DNA of 64,000 nucleotides from Candidatus Omnitrophota bacterium (GTDB lineage Bacteria; Omnitrophota; Gorgyraeia; Gygaellales; JAHJCI01): NCBI GenBank assembly GCA_042570305.1, contig JBHPGP010000004.1, positions 2,230 to 66,229 of the forward strand, read 5' to 3'. Shown piece by piece: positions 58,371 to 64,000 of this stretch (position 1 is its first letter; each line of letters starts with the position of its first letter). The notes under the pieces were generated by a model. It saw only the letters and a program-made list of their open reading frames with translations, ran no database searches and was not told where the DNA came from. The position numbers and the translations under genes were made by a program.

Positions 58371-59471
58371 ATGAAAAAAAGTAGCTTTTCAAACGAAACA
58401 CATCTGATACTGTCTTGGCTAAGAACACCGATTGACACCTCGGCTCAGCTGATAAATCAGAAGCTGCTAGCGGGTCACTTCAATTGGAACTTAATCATAG
58501 AACAATCGCTGCATCACGGCGTTTTGCCTTTACTTTACCACAAAACGGCAAAGCTCAGACAATCAAATTTTCCCAAAAATATCCTTAGCATATTAAAAAT
58601 TTCCTATGAGGCCACTTTAAAGAGAAACACCATCTTTTGGAAGGAATTCTGCCGTCTTCATAATCTACTGAATAAAATTGGAATCAGAATAATTCCTCTC
58701 AAAGGAATAGTTCTCGCTAAAACCCTGTACCCAGACATTGGCATAAGGCCGATGGCAGATATTGACGTATTAGTCCAAAAAAAAGATCTTCCTTTTGTGG
58801 AAAAGCAGATTCTGCAACTTGGTTATCGAAAGCAATTAAAGCGCCTTTCTGAAGATTACTGGAAAAAATATCAATGCCATTTTGTGTTTTACAATCCTGA
58901 TAAAGAAATAATCCTGGAATTACATTGGACATTCGCTCCCCCCAGACCCAATGCCTTGAATATCACGGATATCTGGAAAAGGTCAAAAAATCAATTGGTT
59001 GGTCAGCTTGAAATATTAACCTTGACCTTCGAAGATACACTGCTTTCCATATGTTTAGATCTTGGAAAAAATATATCGAAACTGCAATGTCTCAGATTAA
59101 GAAATTTATACGATATCCACGAATTAGTAATTAAACACGGCCATAATCTTGATTGGGACTATATAATCAAAAAAATAGATTCCTGGAAGGTCAAGGGTTT
59201 ATTTTTTTATCTGAATTATCTGACAAAAAAATATTTGACAACTCCCTGGCCTGACGAGAAGACGAGAGAATTTACTTTTAATTCCCGCAAAAGAAAATTA
59301 TTAATTCTGAGTAGTCCGAAACTAAAAAAAATATCTCGATTGCGAGCTATTTTGTTAATCGCCCTAATGCTGGACAGCTTTAAAGACCGCGCAGCTTTAA
59401 TTTTAAAGGGGATCTCTATTCTCTGTGAAAAATTCTTTTATCCTCCACGCAAGAATACTGTAGGCCAATAG
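58371..59471 (+). CDS. nucleotidyltransferase-family protein (PF14907/NTP_transf_5-like)
   Basis: 'IIPLKGIVLAKTLYPDIGIRPMADIDVLVQKKDL' matches the 'PLKG...YP..G.R...DIDVLV' signature of that family as I recall it. Start placed at ATG 58371 rather than the track's TTG 58323. Confidence 0.65.
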   Translation: MKKSSFSNETHLILSWLRTPIDTSAQLINQKLLAGHFNWNLIIEQSLHHGVLPLLYHKTAKLRQSNFPKNILSILKISYEATLKRNTIFWKEFCRLHNLLNKIGIRIIPLKGIVLAKTLYPDIGIRPMADIDVLVQKKDLPFVEKQILQLGYRKQLKRLSEDYWKKYQCHFVFYNPDKEIILELHWTFAPPRPNALNITDIWKRSKNQLVGQLEILTLTFEDTLLSICLDLGKNISKLQCLRLRNLYDIHELVIKHGHNLDWDYIIKKIDSWKVKGLFFYLNYLTKKYLTTPWPDEKTREFTFNSRKRKLLILSSPKLKKISRLRAILLIALMLDSFKDRAALILKGISILCEKFFYPPRKNTVGQ

Positions 59472-59472
59472 A

Positions 59473-59514
59473 GGGTTGCCGGTCGAATCCGGCATGCGCC
59501 ACCCATCGGGGCGC
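59473..59514. other. GC-rich element with two hairpins in an AT-rich convergent intergenic region (bidirectional terminator and/or tRNA 3'-end-like remnant)
   Basis: gccgg-tcgaat-ccggc (59478..59493) and gcgcc...ggcgc (59496..59514). The first part, gggttgccggTCGAATccggcatgcgccaccca, resembles a T-arm plus acceptor 3' strand. Confidence 0.4.
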
Positions 59515-59536
59515 GTCCTTTGTAAAGCCTGATAAA

Positions 59537-60886
59537 TTATTGAAGATACCCTAAGCTTTCTAACATTATTTTAGTTTCCTCATCCATGGATTTATTCTTT
59601 CGGACAGCAAACGCAGGGATCTCCCTTAGATAATCATCCAGCTTATTTTTCAACTCCCGTGACTTTTCTTGCTCTATAAGAATTACGTTATTGTTTTCCT
59701 TGGGATCTGCCCTTAAATCATATAGCTCATATTTGTTGCTATGCAGGTTATAAATTAATTTCCACGCTGTTGTCCTAACCGCTACCTGTCTCTCTTTCTG
59801 AAAGAACCTTTCGCTGAAAGTATATCTATTATTATTCTTTTTTCTTATATCTAAAATTAATGGCAGAATACTGATTCCGTCGATTGGGCTACTGATTTTT
59901 ATCTTTAATACCTCCAAAATAGTAGGCATAATATCAATCAGCGAGACTTGGCTTTCGATTATCTTGCCCGCTGGAATGAGACCCCGATAAACCATAATTA
60001 AAGGCACCCTTAATATGCTATCGTATAGATTGCATCCGTGATTGAAGTAACAATTATGTTCATCTAGACTTTCTCCATGGTCAGCGGTTAGGATTATCAG
60101 TGTTTTTTTACTCAAATTTAACTTGTATATATTTTTCAATAATATTCCTAATTGCTCGTCGGTATTTGCTATTTCTCCGTCATATTGGGAAAACTGATAT
60201 TCTATCTCAGCGACTCTTTCGAAAGCTGCAGATACCGGACTATTCTCGGTGGAAAGATGCTTGTTGGTATAACTGTCTTCTTCAAGGTATAAAGTATCAT
60301 ATGGAAAGGGCGGTAAATATGGCGCATGTGGCCCCATATAATGTACCCAGATAAAGAACGGCTTATTGCGATTTTCCTTTAACCACTCAATTACAGCACT
60401 GCTTATATTTTCATCCCTCCCGGTAATCCAACAATTGAATTTATCAAAATTACGCTTAAGCCCGTTCAATTTATTTAACCCATAATGGCTACTGATCAGG
60501 CAAGTCTTATAACCATTATCCTTTAATATCTTTGGCAAGCTGGCTATAGAATCAGCGGATATACTACCCCAATCTTTACTTACTTCAAATAAACCAAATG
60601 CATAAGGATACTTCCCGGTCAGTATTGAACATATAGAAGGCGGAGTCCAACTCGCTGTAGAGACGGCCTGAGTAAACATTACGCCTTCTTGAGCTAATTC
60701 ATCAATATTATGGCTAGTTCCCCTGGAGTATCCATAACAACTTAAGTGATCTGACCGCAAGGCATCGACAGTGATAAGAATAATATTTGGTTTATTTAAA
60801 TCCTGCTTAAGGTTAGCTCGAATAAAAATAAAAACTAGCGTAATAACTCCCATAAAGATTAATTTTTTAAAAAATTTTATTTTCAA
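59537..60886 (-). CDS. sulfatase-family (alkaline-phosphatase superfamily) exported hydrolase/transferase, Thr-type
   Basis: Signal anchor. 'PNIILITVDALRSDHLSCYGY', 'ILTADHGESL'. The nucleophile region reads 'WTPPSICSILTG' instead of C/S-x-P-x-R. Confidence 0.8.
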   Translation of the reverse strand: MKIKFFKKLIFMGVITLVFIFIRANLKQDLNKPNIILITVDALRSDHLSCYGYSRGTSHNIDELAQEGVMFTQAVSTASWTPPSICSILTGKYPYAFGLFEVSKDWGSISADSIASLPKILKDNGYKTCLISSHYGLNKLNGLKRNFDKFNCWITGRDENISSAVIEWLKENRNKPFFIWVHYMGPHAPYLPPFPYDTLYLEEDSYTNKHLSTENSPVSAAFERVAEIEYQFSQYDGEIANTDEQLGILLKNIYKLNLSKKTLIILTADHGESLDEHNCYFNHGCNLYDSILRVPLIMVYRGLIPAGKIIESQVSLIDIMPTILEVLKIKISSPIDGISILPLILDIRKKNNNRYTFSERFFQKERQVAVRTTAWKLIYNLHSNKYELYDLRADPKENNNVILIEQEKSRELKNKLDDYLREIPAFAVRKNKSMDEETKIMLESLGYLQ

Positions 60887-60905
60887 AACCCATTTCTCCA
60901 GTATT

Positions 60906-62282
60906 TTAAAAATATCCTAAACTTCTTAAATATTCCTTTTCTTTTTCTGTTATGGTACGGCCATTCCTACTTATTATTGGAGAACTAATTTCTTCCTCAA
61001 GCTTATTTAATCTCTTTTTTAACTGTAGTAATTTACTTAATTTTCTCCCAGCCAAATTATGCTGCTCCCCGGGATCTTGTTTCAAATTATAAAGCTCATC
61101 AGCCCAATCATCAGAAATAAGTTTCCATTCCTTGCTCCTGAGGACAAGTGTATCACGGTTAGAAGAAAAAGCGTATTTTGCATGGTAAATTCGCAAGGGC
61201 CTGATAAACGCCAGCAAACTTTCTCCTTGCATATAAGAGGGTTTGCCTAATCCTGCTATTTCTAATATAGTAGGGGCTAAATCTATCAGGCTTACCTGCC
61301 TGTTGATTGCTCTATCTTGGGGAAGTAATTTAGTAAATCTAATTATTAAAGGGACCCTTATATCTTCCTCATAGCCTTTCTGGTGAGTAAAGTATATATT
61401 ATGCTCTCCCAACATCTCGCCGTGATCAGCAGTTACAATAATCAGCGTATTCTTATCTAGGCCTATATCTTCTAAGCTTTCTAGTAATCTCCCTATCTGA
61501 GCATCTAGATAAGCAATCGCACCGTCATATTGGGAGATATAATAATTCGGGTCAGTGATATTGTCTTCTGCAACTAAATAAGGGATATTGTTAATTCCCT
61601 GAAATGCTTCATTATTTCGGCTATCAGAAATAGGTACGGATTCCGATTTGCCCATAAATTTATCAAACAAATACAGGCTCTTGTAAGGCTCTGGTGGCCT
61701 ATAGGGAAAATGAGGAGAATGGTAATGTATAAACAAGAAGAAGGGGCCACCCGTATAGGCCTTCAACCATGCTATCACTCTATCAGTAAAATTTTGGGCG
61801 TTTATAACCGGTTGTTTATCTTCAAAATTATCACTTATATATACTTCCTGAAAGCCATCTCTAATATCTAAAAGTTTTACAGGACGGTGATTGCTCAAAA
61901 TAACACACTGATATTCTTTTGAGGATAATTGCGAAGCTACAGTTTCAATAGAGATATTTCGTAAATCATCCCAGTCGCGAATCTGATGCGTAAGAGAATA
62001 AGTTCCTGTTAATATTGAAGGTATAGATTCGCATGTCCAACCTCCGGCGCTTATCGCTTCTCTGAAGATAACGCCCTGCTTAGCAAGTTGATCTATATTA
62101 GGAGAGGTATTTCTTCCGTATCCATAGCAGCCAAGATGATCAGGCCTTAGGCTATCGGCAATAATTAAAATAATATTTGGCAAGTCTGCTTTTGGGGCAG
62201 AGCGGGGAAATCCGATACCAATAATTACCGGTCCTGCTAGTAACAAAAGAAAAAACAATTTTAATGTTAATTTCGTTTTCAT
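60906..62282 (-). CDS. sulfatase-family (alkaline-phosphatase superfamily) exported hydrolase/transferase, Thr-type (paralogue)
   Basis: Signal anchor. 'PNIILIIADSLRPDHLGCYGY', 'IVTADHGEML'. The nucleophile region reads 'WTCESIPSILTG'. Confidence 0.8.
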   Translation of the reverse strand: MKTKLTLKLFFLLLLAGPVIIGIGFPRSAPKADLPNIILIIADSLRPDHLGCYGYGRNTSPNIDQLAKQGVIFREAISAGGWTCESIPSILTGTYSLTHQIRDWDDLRNISIETVASQLSSKEYQCVILSNHRPVKLLDIRDGFQEVYISDNFEDKQPVINAQNFTDRVIAWLKAYTGGPFFLFIHYHSPHFPYRPPEPYKSLYLFDKFMGKSESVPISDSRNNEAFQGINNIPYLVAEDNITDPNYYISQYDGAIAYLDAQIGRLLESLEDIGLDKNTLIIVTADHGEMLGEHNIYFTHQKGYEEDIRVPLIIRFTKLLPQDRAINRQVSLIDLAPTILEIAGLGKPSYMQGESLLAFIRPLRIYHAKYAFSSNRDTLVLRSKEWKLISDDWADELYNLKQDPGEQHNLAGRKLSKLLQLKKRLNKLEEEISSPIISRNGRTITEKEKEYLRSLGYF

Positions 62283-62300
62283 TAAGATTAAAGGGTAAAC

Positions 62301-64000
62301 TTAATTTAATTTCTTGTAAATCAAAATGGCTGAGCGGTCAGGCCATTCTATCTGTCTTAAGAAGATGAATCTTTCTTTGTAAAAATCAAAATATTCCTTT
62401 GCGCTCTTGACTAAGGGTTGCATATAAGGCTCTCCCAGGTGACCGCGGGACTTATCGATTACATAATCTGCATTTTGGATTAGTTCGCTTATGCCAATTT
62501 TTTTCACTGCCATCTCTGACCTGAGATAATTCCAGTCACAAACGATGCTGAAATCTTTTTTTTCGAGATAAGCCATATATTGCAGGAATCTCAACCTGGC
62601 ATTATCCGGGATGACCAGAACCGAAATTCGCTCCTGCTCTCCAGACGAAGAATCAATCAGATCAAAAATTCTTTTGTTTGCCTCTAAATAATTACCGGCG
62701 TCCCTGGAATAAGAACCGGAATCCCTGCCTGAAATAGCCCATTCTCCAAAATTAAAAAGAATGATGCCTTCGGGAAACAATTTATATCTGTCTATTCTTT
62801 CGGGCAAATTTATGGATAATGATACCTTCTTTGGAAATCCCTTAATTGGTATAGGATACGAGACGAAAAATAATTGTAAGATTCCGAAGATGATTATGGA
62901 GTAGGTTAAAAAAAATCTTATTTTTTTTGCGGGTATTTGCGTGATGCCGAATGCGCTAATTACAGCAACAGCAGGCAGAATCGGCATGGTATATCTTACG
63001 CCGGTTACCTTCATATTGATGCCTATGGCATGTCGGAAAAGACTAACCAGTATCCAAGAGGAAAATATCCAGAAAAAAAAGATACCCTTATTCTTAATTT
63101 TAGCCTTGGCAAAAAAGAAAACTGCAATCACAAATACCAAAAAGAAAAATAAAGAAACCTGCCAGTTTATAAATCCCCAAAAATACCACAATAAAGCTCT
63201 TAACATATTTAAAAATGGCCCGGATTCCGGTATTACTACAGGCCAAGTAATAACTTTATGGTAAGATGCCTTAGTCAAAACTATGAAAAATTTGTTAAAA
63301 TAATAAAAAGAGCAAATTGAAAGAAACAATGCCCCGGGCAAAAGAAAATGCTTAAAAATTTTTTTAAATTCGCCGCCTTTTTTGCGTACTCTGAAGATGC
63401 TTGTGATTATCATAAAACCCAGGGGAGCGGATAAATACAGTAAAAAGCTGTCTTTCGTCAGCATGCCTAATCCTGCGGATATCGAAAACAAGACAGTATT
63501 CTTAATATTTTTGAAGTTGTCACAAGACAATAAAAAATAAATGCTCAATGTAAGCATGGACGTTAATGGCAAATCCAGCATAAATACCTTAAGCTGATTA
63601 TGTATAACGGGATATGTGCAGATGATAAAGGCAGCCAATAAACCGGTATTTCTATCTGCAATCTTGGTGCCAATGCCATAGATAGAAAAAATGAGGATCC
63701 CGAGGAAAATTGCGCTATTTACTAATACTGCGGCATCTTGACCGGTGCCGAATAAAAAAAAGAACGGTGCCGTAATCATCATTACGAAAGGAGGATGTAG
63801 CCGAATCGTATCTAAACTGGCGGGGACAGCATCAAAAGAAAGATTTTTTAATACTTCAAATAATCTAAGGCTGGCTAAAAAATGCCTGTGGGAATCATGG
63901 GTTAAATAATTAATATCGCGTTTAAGCCAAATAAAAATACTGGATAGATTAACCAGCCATAAAATGGCTAAAAAGAAAAAGGGATTATTTTCCCCTCTTA
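62301..64000 (-). CDS. polytopic membrane protein, probably a GT-C fold (ArnT/PMT_2-like) glycosyltransferase; 5' end beyond the window
   Basis: More than 10 hydrophobic segments followed by a ~180-aa soluble C-terminal domain. The frame stays open upstream of the track's ATG (63782) to position 64000 (...RGENNPFFFLAILWLVNLSSIFIWLKRDINYLTHDSHRHF...), so the gene is truncated by the window edge. Confidence 0.5.
   Translation of the reverse strand, partial: RGENNPFFFLAILWLVNLSSIFIWLKRDINYLTHDSHRHFLASLRLFEVLKNLSFDAVPASLDTIRLHPPFVMMITAPFFFLFGTGQDAAVLVNSAIFLGILIFSIYGIGTKIADRNTGLLAAFIICTYPVIHNQLKVFMLDLPLTSMLTLSIYFLLSCDNFKNIKNTVLFSISAGLGMLTKDSFLLYLSAPLGFMIITSIFRVRKKGGEFKKIFKHFLLPGALFLSICSFYYFNKFFIVLTKASYHKVITWPVVIPESGPFLNMLRALLWYFWGFINWQVSLFFFLVFVIAVFFFAKAKIKNKGIFFFWIFSSWILVSLFRHAIGINMKVTGVRYTMPILPAVAVISAFGITQIPAKKIRFFLTYSIIIFGILQLFFVSYPIPIKGFPKKVSLSINLPERIDRYKLFPEGIILFNFGEWAISGRDSGSYSRDAGNYLEANKRIFDLIDSSSGEQERISVLVIPDNARLRFLQYMAYLEKKDFSIVCDWNYLRSEMAVKKIGISELIQNADYVIDKSRGHLGEPYMQPLVKSAKEYFDFYKERFIFLRQIEWPDRSAILIYKKLN

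Noticed and set aside
55566-59471. Classical lasso peptide gene cluster
   Set aside because: The window has no asparagine-synthetase-like cyclase and no transglutaminase-like B2 protease. The putative core has no Asp/Glu to form an isopeptide ring. Only the leader motif, RRE, kinase and nucleotidyltransferase are lasso-like.
41046-62282. SPASM radical SAM genes as anaerobic sulfatase-maturating enzymes for the two sulfatase-family genes
   Set aside because: Both sulfatase-like proteins lack the C/S-x-P/A-x-R maturation motif by my hand alignment. The rSAM genes sit in a separate operon with an RRE and a precursor-like ORF.
38300-64000. Mobile element (integrative island, transposon or prophage) call for the AT-rich region
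   Set aside because: I found no integrase, transposase, recombinase, phage structural genes or terminal repeats. Only compositional evidence and a tRNA-like fragment point that way, so it is reported as a finding and not annotated as a mobile element.

Overview
Bacterial chromosomal window, coded almost entirely on the minus strand, with a Gram-negative-type envelope gene set (lpxB, msbA-like, CsgG-like lipoprotein, prepilin peptidase). The left ~38 kb is ordinary housekeeping: ttcA, pilD, aroE, leuA-ilvC-ilvN-ilvB-ilvD, a class II aldolase, ahcY-metK, a cupin-type PGI, a regulatory PTS set (ptsN-yvcK-ptsH-ptsI), tRNA-Gly/Leu/Lys, frr-pyrH-tsf-rpsB, msbA-like/lpxB, Pit phosphate uptake, a cation antiporter, otsA, patatin, SpoIID, MscS, HtpX and CsgG-like. 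From ~38-39 kb to the right edge the DNA becomes visibly AT-rich. Its core (39.5-58.3 kb) is the main finding: one tightly packed minus-strand operon of 17 ORFs. These are nine radical SAM enzymes (four cobalamin-type, three SPASM/twitch-type, two other), a PqqD-like RRE, an HPr-kinase-like P-loop protein, two S24/S26-peptidase-GNAT fusion paralogues (one catalytically degenerate), a membrane TPR protein, an ABC-2 exporter, and a 54-codon ORF at 56605..56769 that falls below the ORF-track cutoff. That small ORF has a strong SD, a lasso-type YxxPxL leader motif, an aliphatic C-terminal region and a C-terminal Ser. A PF14907-like nucleotidyltransferase is divergently transcribed next to the operon. 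I read this as a candidate undescribed RiPP pathway that pairs lasso-style recognition and tailoring parts with a large radical SAM battery; no lasso cyclase or protease is present. Two Thr-type sulfatase-family paralogues and a GT-C-like membrane protein cut by the window edge lie to the right. I saw no CRISPR array, rRNA, integrase or transposase. All domain calls come from motifs read by eye, since no searches could be run.
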